From Eledone cirrhosa (taxonomy: Eukaryota): 64,000 nt of DNA. The DNA is taken from the NCBI GenBank assembly GCA_964016885.1, contig OZ024749.1:35216001-35280000 (forward strand). Reading direction: 5' to 3'. A model generated the notes under the pieces. That model saw only the letters and a program-made list of their open reading frames with translations, searched no databases and was not told where the DNA came from. The translations under genes were made by a program, and so were the position numbers. The number at the start of each line of letters is the position of its first letter. The stretch's first letter is position 1. Below, one piece after another: positions 12,875-27,984 of the stretch.

Positions 12875-13225
12875 GAAGGCACATAGCTTAGTGGTTAAAG
12901 TATTGGGCTTGCAATTGAAAGGTTGTGAGTTTGATTCTCGAACCAGGTGATGCATTGTGTTCTTGAGCAAGACACTTTATTTTATGTTGTTCCAGTTTAC
13001 TCAGCTGTAGGAATGAGTTGTGATGTCACTAGTGATGTCACTAGTGCCAAGCTGTATCAGCCTTTGTCTTTCCCTTGGATAACATCAGTGGCATAGAGAG
13101 GGGAGACAGGTATGTTTGGCTGACCACTGGTCTTCCACAAACAACCTTGCCCAAACCTGAGCCTTGGAAGGGAACTTTCTAGATTCAAATACCATGGCCA
13201 TTCGTTGTTGAAGAGGGTCTTTACT
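12875..13225 (+). mobile_element. tRNA-headed SINE with Meta-domain-like core (older relative of family B, different tail)
   Basis: GGCACATAGCTTAGTGGTTA...GAGTTTGATTC...TTCTTGAGCAAGACACTTTAT...ACTCAGCTGTAG. Confidence 0.7.
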
Positions 13226-13518
13226 TTTTACCCTTTATATATATATATTTAAAGACATTTCTATTGATATATATTTATAAATATATATATAAGATAGAAA
13301 TGTCTTTTACAAGACTAGAACTGTTTCATTTGTTTGAAATCATCATGACTTTCCTGATGATTTCAAATACTGAAATATAGTATGATTTATGATAAAATGC
13401 CATAAAAATAAAATCTGTTTAATAACTTTCTACCCTGCTAATTCCCCTGGACTCACATGTATTACTGGTATCTGTCACATAGCTAATTTCTGATATATTA
13501 TCAAGTTGTTGCTGCTGC

Positions 13519-13978
13519 CACCACCGCCGACACTGCAGCCACCATCACGACCACCACCACCACTACCACCACCACCACCACCACCACCACCACCAATACA
13601 GCCACCATCACCACCACCACCATGAACACCACCAATACAGCCACCACCACCACCACCACCACCTCCACCACCACCACCACCACCACCACCACCACCACCA
13701 CCACCACCACGACCACCACCACAATCACCACCACCACCACCACGACCACGACCACCACCACAATCACCACCACCACCACCACCACCAATACAGCCACCAA
13801 CACCAATACAGCCACCATCACCACCACCACCAATACAGCCACCACCACCACCACCACCTCCACCACCACCACCACCAACACCAATACAGCCACCACCACC
13901 ACCACCACCACCACCTCCACCACCACCATGAACACCACCACCACCACCACCACCACCACCACCACCACCACCACCACT
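13519..13978. repeat. (ACC)n trinucleotide array punctuated by AATACAGCC
   Basis: Direct observation; explains the poly-T and poly-V ORFs. Confidence 0.9.
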
Positions 13979-14102
13979 GTTGCTACAAACAACTTTAATA
14001 ACTGCTTAAAATCAAGATAACACACCATATTGACTACATTGGCAAACTTGTTAATCCACAGATAATTTGAAATTTAGCAAGTAAACACTTAATCTCTCTC
14101 CC

Positions 14103-14139
<37 letters not shown>

Positions 14140-15094
14140 AATCTGTCAAGCTCTCTCTCTCTCTTTTTCTATCCCTCCCTCCTTCTTCTCCTCCTTATTC
14201 TCTCTTTAAAGGTTTTAATGCTCAGATTATTTTAGTAGTAAGATTAAATATATTTTCACGTAAGAATTAATTTTAATTATGTCTTAGAGATTTTAACATA
14301 GACACTGTGTTGTAGTGATTAGGTTCTTAGACTTTGATCACTATGTCATGGTTTCAATTACAGGACTGGGTGGTGTGTTGTGTTTCTAGAACAAAATGAA
14401 CAAAACATTATTTCATGTTCATCATAATCCTTTAACATTCATTTCCCAGCTAGCAAGGGTTGGACAGGTCATCGCAGACAGTAAAGTTAGTACTTAATCA
14501 GAGCCATTGATAGCTCAGATATGCTGGAACATCAGCTTACTTACATACATGCCCACACTCTACAGAATATGCTGTGTATTTTTACCTTGGCACCGTCACT
14601 AGGGAGGTTGTCATGTCTTTGATACAGCTGATTAATTTGCACTGTTTCTTTTTTTGGGGGGGGGGGGGGTTGTTGTTGTTGTTAGATTTTAAAGGTTGGA
14701 AGCCCTTCCAATCATCAACCACCTTACAAGGTGTACAAGGTGTAGTTTTTGTGGCACCAGCACTAAAGAGGTTGTTGTATCATGACTAAAGAGACCACTC
14801 AACATTTTTTTAGCATGGTTTCTAATATCAAGCAAGCTGAAAAGTGCATTGGGTGTGTTTTATCAAAGCATCAGCACTCCCAAGCATGCTGGTCATTGAT
14901 TTGACTAAAGAGGGAGGATAAGATGAAAAGTGAGGGGGTGGGTGTAAAAACAATAAGCATGATTGTGTGTATTTCTATATATAGGAATGGGTGTATCTGT
15001 TCGTAGGCGTATGTATATGTGTACAATTGCCTCCTATGTTCTGTTCATTTTCAACTATATATATATATATATGTTGATATAGTCTTAATTACTG

Positions 15095-15155
<61 letters not shown>

Positions 15156-17396
15156 AAATAATCAGTAATTAAGACTATATCAACATATCTTGATCAAATA
15201 TATTGGGAGTTTATATTGATAACACACTAAAGATAATCATCCATCTCCATCTCCCTCCCCCTTCTTTTATTTTTTATCATTGTTGATATTTATCCTCCCT
15301 CTTTCTCTCTCTCTATTTCTATCTCTCACTCCCCCTCTATCCCTGATGGCACTCCCCTTCCTTTATTTTATCTCTGACTCTCTCTCTCTCAAGACATTCC
15401 CACTTCACTATCTCTGAAGGATTATCTACTAACTGTGTCCTAACATTATTGGTTCCTACCACCATTACCACTACCACTACCACCACCACCACCACTACCA
15501 CTTCTACTACTACTACTACTATCATAACCACCACCAGCACCACCACCAATTACATTAGCACCAATGCTATCACTACTACAACACAACCACCACTATCACA
15601 ACAAAAACAACCACCAACAACACTACCACTACTACTACCACAATCCCAGCCACCACCACCACCACCACCACCACCACTGCTACCATCATCATCATCGTCA
15701 CCACCACTACTACCACCACCTCCACCACAGTGGCAGTTAGCCAGTAGTCAGTACAGTCCACAAGTAAAACTTAGTGTTTTAGTCTCTTCATTAGTATTTA
15801 CGGCAAACAAATATAATCACAACCAACTAAAATATTGACTGTCTACAAAGATGGGAAGGGAAGGGGAGTGAAGAATTAGTAGTGACCATCACTTTATGAG
15901 CTTTGGTCAGTCTTTAACCACTTCAATACCAACCCAGCTAAAACTAGCCCTGTTTCTATGAAACAAAAACCAGCCATTTTAAATGGCTCCTATCAGTGTC
16001 ATCACTTGTAACATCCATTTTCTCCATGCTAGCATGGGTTAGATGAGATGTCCTGTTGTGAGACAAGCTAGGTCAGATGACCATGTCTTGCTCATATGGA
16101 ACTGATTTGGGCTTGGTTTCTATGGTTGGATACCCTTCCTAACTCCAACCACATTTACTTGCGATCGTGAGCCAAACACCCTAACCACTAAGCCAAATGC
16201 TTTCTCTCCCTCTTACCCCACTCGCAAACACTAACTCACATATACATCCAACCTACCCATACACATGCAACTACTAATCCAGGTGCACTCCCTACATTCA
16301 CAAGCCACTTGCCCTCCCCTGCACACAACCATTAAGCCCTCACACAAACCCATACTCACACATACATACATACACTAAGCCACATACACACACTAAAGTG
16401 GGCACAGTGTCACCCATTCATGACTCTATATTCCAGTGCTCACCTTTAATCCTATTTCTATTGATGGCCAGAGACATTTTAAGTGATGTAAAATGACAAA
16501 AGCCAGACAAGAGCTGTCAGAATAAGAAACCCCATTACATTCTTACTATAACAGTTAAGTACAATGTACTTACAATACTATACATGACATTCTTTAGAGA
16601 TGGTAAACAATTATTGAGATAATCAGATTGTTACCAAGAGTTACAATGCTAATGTTTGTTTGTTTAACCCTTTTGATACCCACCTCTGCATGAAACTGAT
16701 CCTGATTTTACAATACAAAGTTGTTTGATTTAAAGTGTATGGATGCATGATACAATAATTCCTGGTGAAATTGTAGGGGAGCCGTATTGATATATGGCAT
16801 TTCTAAGGCATTTTTAAACCCGGTGAAACCCAATCCTCTTCATGTCTGAATACAGCAGACTTCTTCCAGAGAAGGAAAGAAAGAGTGAGAGAATGGAAGT
16901 AAGAAAGCGATATAGAGAAAGAAATGACCTCAGTATGGTACTTTTTTTCATCGACCTTGAATGGCTGAAAGGCAAAGTTGACCTCTGCGCAATTTGAACT
17001 CAGAGAGCAAAGAGTCGAAACAAACATCATCATCATCATCGATTAACGTCTATCTTCCAAGCTAGCATTCTATCTGATGTTCTAACGACTCTGCCAATTT
17101 GCCGCCTTTAAAGTATATAGACTTATTTAAAAATCTTCCATCATTATCTTATGTAAGAACCTTCATTAAGTTATGTTCCAAATCATAGGCAGGTATTTTC
17201 TTTATTAGAAATATGGTAATGAAAAAGTTAACATTAAGTTATGCATAGACTAAGTTCTTCGATTATCTCAATGGTATCATTGATGGTAGTGGTGTGGGAA
17301 GGTATTTTAGCCTCGTTAGAAACAATCAGAAATATTTAGCACAGGGAGAGAGAGATAAATAGATAAATAAATAAATGAATATATATATATGTATAT

Positions 17397-17484
<88 letters not shown>

Positions 17485-18342
17485 TGAATGCTGGAAGAAA
17501 ACTGATGGTTGCTGGTATGGGAGTGATGGTATTAATAGCAGGAAAATATTATTTGAATTATACAAATTCCTATAAAACTGTGAACCTTTAAGGTTCAGTA
17601 ATGTTCGTCTACAAGTTATGCACCCTAGCTGTCTGCCTAGTTGGCCTTAATGATATCACCGGCACTGGTACAACCTACAGCGCAGTTAAAACAAAATAGA
17701 TATAAATAATGTAGGATTGAACCACCTTAGTTTCCATCTACTGAAATATCACTCCATTCATTTCCCTACCTTGTTCCACCACAGACTTCAACCAATCATT
17801 AATCAATAAATCTATCATTAGAAATCAATATATAATCAATTATGTCAAAATGTCTCAGTTTATTTCCAGTCCTCTTTTGTTGTATTTTTTTCTGAAAGGA
17901 ATCAGTGTAGTTCCTTTAATGTCCTTAGTCCAATTCCACAAGGAACTAATCAGATTAGGGTTCCTTTTAGTTAAGACTAAATTGGATTTAGGTTTGTCAA
18001 TCTAATTATGTGGCCATTTCTGGCTCACCCTGATAAAATGTCACCTGAAATTAGGACAATAGTACCACCTTTCTAATGAAATACACACACATCAGTAGCA
18101 TCACTATCATCACCACAACCATTATCACTGTTCTAATAAAATACATACACAACAGTATCATCATCATCATCATCATCATCACTGTTGTAATGAAATAAAG
18201 CTACACCAGTTTCATCATCATCATTACCTTTCTAAGGAAATACACCCCCAGTTATATCACTGGTTTTCTTACTTTCTTTGCCTACAATACAATACTTTCA
18301 CTATATATATATGTATGTGTGTGTGTGTTTGTCTGGGCAGTG

Positions 18343-18373
<31 letters not shown>

Positions 18374-18407
18374 ATACAAGGTGGACATGTGAATGACCAC
18401 AATAGGG

Positions 18408-18443
<36 letters not shown>

Positions 18444-18661
18444 CCCTATTGTGGTCATTCAGATCTCATCCTTGTTAAGAACACACAGCTGTCACATTAT
18501 AATCTCATTGTGTGATCAGAAAACTAGAAGTTATCTTACAATACAAAGAAGCACTTCCAAAACAAACACCTTATATATGTGTATGCGTGTGTGTTTGTGT
18601 GCGTGTGTATGTGTGCACATAATATACACACACACATGTATGTATATATATATATATATAA

Positions 18662-18705
<44 letters not shown>

Positions 18706-18856
18706 TTACGTCTCATTCTCACCTTTGTTAACATTGCCACACCATCTCTCTCTCTCTCTCTCCCATTCTAACCACTTTTCCATTGTCAACAGTGAACCAT
18801 CTCAAAGACACCATTTAAAGAACTGTTTCCAATATAATTCTCCTCTTTATTCTCTT

Positions 18857-18895
<39 letters not shown>

Positions 18896-19674
18896 AACAC
18901 TCTTTCTCTCACACACACCCTTTCACACACAAACACTCTTTCTCTCACACACACACAAACACTCTTTCTCTCACACACACCCTTTCAAACACACACTCTA
19001 TCTCTCTCACACACACACAAACACTCTTCTCTCACACACACCCTTTCATACACACACTCTCTCTCACACACACCCTTTCACACACACACACAAACACTCT
19101 TTCTCTCACACACACCCTTTCACACACACACTCTCTCTCACACACACCCTTTCACACACAAACACTCTTTCTCTCACACACACCCTTTCACACACACACA
19201 CACTCTCTCTCTCACTCCTCACACACCCTTTCACACACACACACACACACACACTCTCTCACTCTCTACACACACACTCTTTCTCTACACACAAATAATT
19301 CTCCTCATTATTCTCTCTCTACACACACATATACACACACTCTCTATATATACACACACTTTCTCTCTCTCACACATACTCTTTTTTTTACACACACACA
19401 CACACTCTCTCTCTCTTTCTCTCTCTACACACACACTCTCTCTCTCACACACACACTCTCTCTCTTTTTCTCTCTACATACACACACTCTCTCTCTCTCT
19501 CTCACTCACCCCCTCTCCCCCACATACACTCTCTCTCTTTCACCCACCCTCTCTCTCTACACACTACCAAGTAACTCAATTGATATATTAATATATCTTA
19601 ACATTATTCAATGGACAAACACAATGATCATTTGAGTGGATATATTTTTTATCAAAGTATCATTTTAGGAAATT

Positions 19675-20002
19675 GATGTTTTATGTCAATCACACAATCC
19701 TCTTATTGTAATCAGATGTTTTATATGTCAATCCCACAATCCTGTTATTGTAATCAGATGTTTTATGTCAATCCCACAATCCTCTTATTGTAATCAGATG
19801 TTTTATATGTCAATCCCACAATCCTCTTATTGTAATCAGATGTTTTATATGTCAATCCCACAATCCTGTTATTGTAATCAGATGTTTTATGTCAATCACA
19901 CAATCCTCTTATTGTAATCAGATGTTTTATATGTCAATCCCACAATCCTGTTATTGTAATCAGATGTTTTATGTCAATCCCACAATCCTCTTATTGTAAT
20001 CA
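19675..20002. repeat. 40/42-bp minisatellite, 8 copies
   Basis: Unit GATGTTTTAT(AT)GTCAATC(C/A)CACAATCCT(C/G)TTATTGTAATCA. Confidence 0.95.
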
Positions 20003-20725
20003 ACCTTTTCTCTTTAATCCTTTTGTGACTGTATTTCTAAGTACACTCTATTTCAAATAATTAATGAAAAATTTTGACACATTTACTCAAATTATTAACT
20101 ATTTTACCACTAAGATAATAACTTAACATTTGGTTTTTATATAAAATTATGTTATAATATTGTAATTTAAATAGGAACCCTTTATAATGAATGGTTTTCT
20201 TTCATAGAACCAACTATAATTTGTTTTGGCTGGATTGGTAATAAAGGGGTTAACATAGTACTAATTTTGTGAGCACATGTTGTGTGTGTACGCATGTATG
20301 TGTGTTTGAAAGCATATAGCTTCATGGTTTAGGTGTTCAGCTCACAATTGTAAATCCATGAGTTTGATCCTTTGCAGTGTGTTCTGTCCTTGAGCAAGAC
20401 ACCAACATCACATTGCTCCACTCCCCTTAGTCGCATTTCTAATACAAAGGGCTAGTTTTTTCACACACTGTGTCATGCTGAATCTCCCCGAGAACTGTGT
20501 TAAGGATACATGCGTCAGTAGAATGCTCAGCCACTTGTACATTAATTTCATAGGTAGGCTGTTCCGTTCCATTGATCAAATTAACTAGAACACTAATCGT
20601 TGGAACTGGTGGAGGTCTAACAACATACATTTCTCAGCAAAGTGATTATATATATATATATATATATTCCCACCACTATGTTTCTATGTATAGTTTCTGT
20701 GTATTGTGTGTGTGTGTGTGTGTGC

Positions 20726-20794
<69 letters not shown>

Positions 20795-21094
20795 CACAGT
20801 TCATTCTTGGCAGTCATTCAGTGTTTGTCCAGCTGGGTGATTTAAAGAGACTGCAATATGGCTAAAGTTTAAGTTGATGCCTGTGAGTTAAGACATGCTT
20901 ATTCAGTTGGTCATTTGGTTGTTCAGTGAATCAGTGTCCAAGACACCTGACCATTAATTGTCCAGACTGGAACTGGAGCTAACATTGATAAGGAAATAAT
21001 TGACATAGTAATTGTTGGCTACAGTCAAAGATTACAGTGAAGGAAAGGTAACTGTTCTTTAGAATATTTACATGCTTAAGAAATCATCATCATC

Positions 21095-21325
21095 ACCACC
21101 ATCATTTTATGTTTTTTTTTTTCATGCTTGCATGGGCTGGGTTGGATGGGTTTGCTCCAACATAGCATCCTTCCCTTTGTTGTATTCCTTCATTATTGCT
21201 TCTATGAGGTTCAGCATTTTGAGATCATCTCTCACCATATCTGCCCAAGTCTTCCTCAGTCTTCCTCAACTGCAGTTTCCTTCCACTGTGAACTCTTGGC
21301 ACTTTTTCACTCAACAACCATCATC
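21095..21325 (-). mobile_element. Decayed RTE-clade LINE 3' end
   Basis: Similar to the RTE C-terminal region at 22201 and carries the CCCATGCAAGCATG-type tail. Confidence 0.6.
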
Positions 21326-22200
21326 TATATGCCTCACATATATATCATGCCTGTTATATATATCATCATCATCATCACAGTTTAACATCAATATTCCATG
21401 CCTACATGGGTTAGACAGGCTGTTGCATCCTGAGGTCAAACTATTTAGATAATACTGTTTTGCATTAAAACACCAATAAAACAATTTAAACACAGTTTTG
21501 CTTCAAAAGATTAAAAAAACAATTTAAATAAATATCTTTTTCATACCAACCTGTATGAAACCGCCCCTCCGTTCTATGATACATAGCTGTTTATTTTAAA
21601 TTATTTGTATTTATCTACAATGAAAACCTTGTATCATAATTTTATGTAAGAACTTTGATTAAGTTATGTTCCAAACACCAGCTTGATAATGAAAAAGTTA
21701 GTTATATAACTAAATCTCACTAAATTCTTATTTGAAAAACACAGTTAAAGATATGGCAACAAAAGGGTTAAAAACATTAACAAAACTGTTTAAATAAAAC
21801 AACTTAGCCTTCAAAACACCAAGAAAACAGTTTAAATGAAACAGCTTTGGTGTAAAACATTAAGAAAATATTTTTTCTCACTCAATTTATCCATTTCCTT
21901 TTATTTGACAAATTTTCAAAGTTGATAAATTTTAAATTTCAGGTTAATTCAATGATGAAATTTTGAAATTAATTTCCTGATTTTGTGAAAAAAATTAAAT
22001 CTGAAGAATCTAAATAGATAGATAGGTAGAGAGTGTAGAGGAAATGGATAGAGAGTGTAGAAGAATTGGAGAGTAAGTTAGAATCCATGAAATGAAGCAT
22101 TATTAATTTATTTACTCATGGATCTTCAGACAACATCGATTATTGCAGTAAGGAAATATACACAGACATATACACTCATTTGAATTATTTTGATACATGT

Positions 22201-22431
22201 ATCATCATCATCGACTTTACGTCTGTTTTTCCATGCTGGCATGGGTTGACGGGTCCTTCTCAGTACGGCACCTCTCCACTCGTTGCATTCCTTTGTCATC
22301 TCCTCTGTGAGTCTCAGTGATTTGAGGTCAGCTCTCATAACCTCTGCCCAGGTCTTTCTTGGTCTACCTCTACAGCAGTTTCTTTCCACAGGCATTTCCT
22401 GGCACTTCTTCACCCAACCATCATTGTCCAT
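22201..22431 (-). mobile_element. RTE-clade LINE 3' end
   Basis: WVKKCQEMPVE...RGRPRKTWAEVMRADLKSL...EWRGAV is a typical RTE C-terminus, followed by the ACCCATGCCAGCATGGAAAAAC..CGT tail and (GAT)n. Confidence 0.85.
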
Positions 22432-22754
22432 CCTGCTGAATTGGTACTTTATTTATCGACACTGAAAGGATGAAATGCAAGGTTGACCATAGCAGGATTT
22501 GAACCCAGAATGCAGTGAGCCAGATCAAATATGGAGGTATTTAACCCACTTGATACCAATCCAGTCAAAACTGGATCTAGTTCTATGAAAGAAAACCACT
22601 TATTTTATTAGGTTCCTATTTAAAGTGAAATCTTCCAACATGATTTTTATATAAGAACAATATGATATTTTTACTATCTTCATAATAAAATAATTAATAA
22701 TTTTAGTAAATCCCTCAAAATTCTTCATTAACTGAATAGTATCAATTTTATTAT

Positions 22755-23093
22755 GGAGGCACATGGCTTACTGGTTAGAGTATTGGCTTTGCAATCGAAA
22801 GGTTGTGAGTTCAATTCTCAGACCGGGTGATGTGTTGTTTCCTTGAGCAAGACACTTTATTTCATATTGCTCCAGTTTACTCAGCTATAGAAATGAGATG
22901 ATAGGGACTGGGGACCCTATCATTCCACTACAAAGTGGTCGTGGAGGTGCCACGCAAAAAAGCACCCAGCACTCACTGTAAATGAGGTTGGTGTTAGGAA
23001 GGGCATCCAGCTGTAGAAATCAAGCCAGAATCAGTTCACGCCCCACCCTTGCAAGCAGGGAAAAGCGGACGTAAAATGATGATGATGATGATG
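22755..23093 (+). mobile_element. Full-length SINE family B (tRNA head + Meta-like core + RTE-derived tail), inserted in a piggyBac-type MITE
   Basis: GGAGGCACATGGCTTA..GGTTAGAG, GAGTTCAATTC B-box, CCTTGAGCAAGACACTT, GTTAGGAAGGGCATCCAGC, CCCACCCTTGCAAGCAGGGAAAAGCGGACGTAAAA(TGA)n. Confidence 0.9.
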
Positions 23094-23581
23094 ATTTATT
23101 AGAAATGCAGTCATACAGGGGTTAATCTAATGACACAGCAGCTCTTCCAATTTTCTACCTATAAACTAACTAATGTATGTATATGTATAAGTATATATAC
23201 ATAAACGTGCATGAGGGAGAAAGCAACATTATAGAGGAGATCTTGGTTGTTAGTAATGTTATTAACAACAACAATAGTATAGCTGTAGGTAGGATTGTAA
23301 GCTAGTCAATTGAAAGACCTCATTTAAAACTGACCAATATTATGTTGTAAAGAGGTGAACAGAATTCTAATTGGATCTGTTGAAGCAGGTAAGCTTTTCA
23401 GGTGTTCAGGTATGGTGTGTTGAGCATGATGATAATAATAGAGTAGATTACATCTTTGGAGATATTTCTAAAGATATTTCAAGAAGAAATCTACCTTTAT
23501 ATGTATCCATGCATACGTACATAGATACATATACCTTTGTAGCTTTCTTAAACCTCTTTCTATAGATCAGGCTATTTCAGC

Positions 23582-23624
<43 letters not shown>

Positions 23625-23813
23625 GAAATAGGCTAATCTATAGAAAAAGGTTGAAGAAAGCTACAAAGCTACAGAATATAGTATCTAGAAATCATTTGAT
23701 GCCAGTCAATCTGGGTTGTAAAGACATCTTGTAAATGGCGCTAGCTCTTATTAATGACAAAGTTTCCAGCTGAAAGGTTTTCAATAATATAGTGTATGTA
23801 TGGTGTGGACATG

Positions 23814-23876
<63 letters not shown>

Positions 23877-24254
23877 GCATATATGTGTGTGTTGGAATTC
23901 CACTGGTTCCAACGACAAGTGCTCCAGTTGTTTGACCAATGGAACAACCTGCTCATGAAATTAGTATACAAGTGTCTGAGCATTCCACAGAAATGTGTAC
24001 TATTAATGTAGTTCTTAAGGAGATTATGTATGAACAATGTATGTATGTATATAAAGGTTGGCACATTGAATTAAAGATGCAACTAGTTTTTTCTAGCTAA
24101 GTGAACTGGAGAAACATGGAATAAGTGTCTTGCTGAAGGACACAACAAGCTGCTAGAAATTGAACTACTAACCTTGTGATTGTAAGAAAAATACCTTAAC
24201 CTCTAAGCCATGCACTTCCACACAGAAACATACACATGTGTGTGTATATATCAT

Positions 24255-24560
24255 CATCCATCATCATCATCATCATTTCATTTTACGTCTGCTTTTTCCC
24301 TGCTTGCAAGGGTGGGACGGGAACTGATTCTGGCTTGATTTCTACAGCTGGATGCCCTTCCTAACACCAACCTCATTTACAGTGAGTGCTGGGTGCTTTT
24401 TTGCCGTGGCACCTCCACGTCCACTTTGCAGTGGAATGATAGGGACCTCAGTCCCTATCATCTCATTTCTACAGCTGAGTAAACTGGAGCAATGTGAAAT
24501 AAAGTGTCTTGCTCAAGGAAACAACACATCACCCGGTCGGAAACAACACATCACCCGGTC
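24255..24560 (-). mobile_element. SINE family B, 5'-truncated
   Basis: Reverse complement of the 22755 copy lacking the head. Confidence 0.85.
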
Positions 24561-24726
24561 ATGTGTATGTGTATATATATATATAAATATGTATGTATGT
24601 GTATATGGTGTTAGCTGAATACAAATGTGTGTGGTTGACTGAATATTCATGTTTTTTCCTGAATTATTTCTGTTCCTCCTTCTTCTCACTCTCTATCTTT
24701 CTATTTCATCTTTCATTCCTCAATCC

Positions 24727-24762
24727 TCTTCTGATGAAGGACTGGTGTCCAAAACGTTAAGA
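24727..24762 (+). ncRNA. Minimal type I hammerhead-like motif with G12->A change
   Basis: TCTT CTGATGA A GGAC TGGT GTCC AAAA CGTT AAGA; stem I TCTT/AAGA, stem II GGAC/GTCC. Confidence 0.65.
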
Positions 24763-25068
24763 CTCTTTTCCTATTTTTTCAAGCATTAAACTGAAATGTT
24801 TCTTCATTGTACTGTGTTGTTTGCTTTGTTATTTCTATTTACTTGTTACCCCCCCCCCCCCCCCCACACACAACACACAACACACACATATACATATATA
24901 TTGTTAACCATTTGTTTTCTCTGGTATAAATAGTGAAGATGACGAAAGATTTCATCTGTAGAATCTCAATATTATAAAACAGGAAAAACTGATGACAGGA
25001 AAGAGTGAATGGTTAATAATAGGAGCTCAGCTGAAAATATCATCATCATTGCTATTCATTTATTTATC

Positions 25069-25127
<59 letters not shown>

Positions 25128-25739
25128 GTTGTTGTTGTTTTTGTAGTAGTAGTAGTAGTAAAAACAGCAACCACATAACAACAAAAACAACAAAAACAAC
25201 AACAACAACAACAACAACAACAGCAACAACTTCACTAGATTGAAAGATTGATCAGTGAGGTTCCCAGTAAACTAACGAGGAAGATGAGGAAGACAATGGC
25301 CAATTGAAAGGCTTGAGGTGTTGAGTTACAATGGGGGGTTAATACAGTTTCATTAGATTTTAATTGGAGTCACTGGTTGTAATCTGAGCTTTGTCAGTTT
25401 CTGGAAATATTATATCCCTGTCCTGTCACTGCATCACTATGTAACACATCATTTAATAACTATAGCTGTATAGAGATACATGCCTATATATATATATATA
25501 TATATAACTGTTTCTACTTTAGGCACAAGGCCAGCAATTATCCAGTGCATTACTGGTACTTTATTTTATCGACCCCGTAAGGATGAAAGGCAAAGTCAAC
25601 CTCGGCGGGATTTGAACTCAGATCATAAAGGAATACGTAGATACATACATACAAACTTATGCACACACATACATATGCATATACTTACATACATACGAAC
25701 ACACACAAATATATGCATATATGCATACATACATACATA

Positions 25740-26205
25740 CAATGCAATCCATAGAAAAGATAGCCCCGATAATAAACACATTAAAAGCTACAGCAATGTG
25801 GAAGACATACATATACATAATATGAAAGAGTACTGGTGGAATGTTCCAGTAAAAACCCCAATAAAATTCAGGTATAACAGACCAGATATTATGATATGGG
25901 ACAGGGAAAAGAAGGCATGCACAGTAGTGGAAGTTAGCTTTCCAGCAGATGCCAATATAATAACAAAGATTAGCGAAAAGGAGAATATTTATGCACAACT
26001 GATGAGAAATCTGCAGATACTCCACCCGGATTTATGCCTGTGATTATTGGGGCACTGGGATATGTTAGTAACTGCCTCAATACAAATCTTGAGAAGCTAG
26101 GCTTCACAGGAACAGAAAGAACATGACTAGTTAGGAAATTACAAGTACAATTCATTAATGGAACAGTAAAAATATGTAAAACATTCCAAACATTTTGCAT
26201 CTAAT
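25740..26205 (+). mobile_element. R4/Dong-like non-LTR retrotransposon 3' fragment (restriction-like endonuclease domain), frameshifted
   Basis: WWNVPVKT...NRPDIMIWDREKKACTVVEVSFP...EKENIY, then PVIIGALG in a shifted frame: PD-(D/E)xK RLE signature. Confidence 0.85.
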
Positions 26206-26474
26206 AACTGCATATACACATGTACACATACTAAGCATATACACATGCACACATACATCCACACATACAATAACATCCATATCTACACATGCAGACATGC
26301 AGACATATCTGCCTAGTTGATGTGTAAATTCCAATGAAAGAGTCTTGTGTCTATGTTAGAAACCGACTCTCTCTCTATTGGTAAAACTTTGTGAAATTAT
26401 AAAACCAGAAGAACATACAATTATATATATATACACACACATAGGCACACACATATATATAAGTAAATATACAA

Positions 26475-26525
<51 letters not shown>

Positions 26526-26682
26526 GGCGCACACACATATATATATACATACAAATATATATATATATATATATATATATCCATACACACACACACACAT
26601 ATATATACATACAGATATACAAGTATATATATATATATATCCATATACACACACACACATATATATACATACAAATATACAA

Positions 26683-26717
<35 letters not shown>

Positions 26718-26729
26718 CACACACACACA

Positions 26730-27080
26730 TCATTCATCATCATCATCATCATTTCATTTTACGTCCACTTTTCCCTGCTTGCAAGGGTGGGACGGGAACT
26801 GATTTTGGCTTGATTTCTACAGCTGGATGCCCTTCCTAACACCAACCTCATTTGCAGTGAGTGCTGGGTGCTTTTTTGCCGTGGCACCTCCACGACCACT
26901 TTGCAGTGGAATGATAGGGACCACAGTCCCTATAATCTCATTTCTACAGCTGAGTAAACTGGAGCAACGTGAAATAAAGTGTCTTGCTCAAGGAATCAAC
27001 ACATCATCCGGTCTGAGAATTGAACTCACAACCTTTCGATTGCAAGGCCAATGCTCTAACCACTAAGCCATGTGCCTCCA
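26730..27080 (-). mobile_element. Full-length SINE family B
   Basis: Reverse complement of the 22755 copy. Confidence 0.9.
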
Positions 27081-27795
27081 TATACATATTACATACATAT
27101 ATGTACAAACACACACACACACATATACATAATACATACATATATAAATATACACATACATACACACATTGTTAGTGATGGATCTCTGCTTGTTACAAAA
27201 TGTGCCCCGGTTGATTTGATCAATGGAACAGTCTGCTCAAGAAATTAATGCACAAGTGGCTGAGCATTCCACAGGCATGTGTACCCATAAAATAATTTTT
27301 AGTGGGATTCAGAGTGATATAGTGTGTAACAAGGCTGGCTTTTTGAATTACAGGTACAACTCATTTTTTTAACTGAGGGGACTGGATCAACATGAAATAA
27401 GTTATCTTGTTGAAGAACTCAACACATTGCTTGATCCAGGAATCAAAATGATGCCCTGACAATTGTGAACCCAACACTAACCAGCTAGTATTACAGACTA
27501 ACTTGGTAGAACTGTGCAATGTATCGATGCCATGGGCCCTAAATTTCTGGTGGAGGCAAGATTTGTGAATTGGAATGAGAAACTATCAAAGTTGTCATGG
27601 CACAGTCTCTAAGCTCTTGTATTGTACCCAGCATCCTATCTATATTAATGTTCTTCACTCCAATGCTCTCAGATTCAGTGGCGTTTGTCCATGCTATTAA
27701 ATACATTTTTTGAAATTGAGACTGTACAGAGGTTAAGGTAACATCTGTGACCCCTAAGCTTTCCACTAATTTACTAAGCATTATGTTCTTTAACA

Positions 27796-27984
27796 TAGGG
27801 CGGTGAATTGGCAGTATCGGTAGAGGGTTGGACGCCATGCTTTGACGCATAGAGTTACGGCCCTTGCCATTCTGAGTTCAAATCCCGCCGAGGTTAACTT
27901 TGCCTTTCATCCTTATGGGGTCGATAAAATAAAGTACCAGTAATGTACTGGGTAATTGCTGGCCTTGTGCCAAAAGTAGAAACA
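27796..27984 (+). mobile_element. Full-length SINE family A with 16-bp TSD
   Basis: ATTATGTTCTTTAACA at 27780-27795 and 27985-28000. Confidence 0.95.

Noticed and set aside
13501-14028. Mucin-like poly-Thr ORF
   Set aside because: Pure (ACC)n expansion with no flanking domain.
22755-22830. tRNA-like sequences with A and B boxes
   Set aside because: They are SINE heads continuing into SINE bodies, not tRNA genes.
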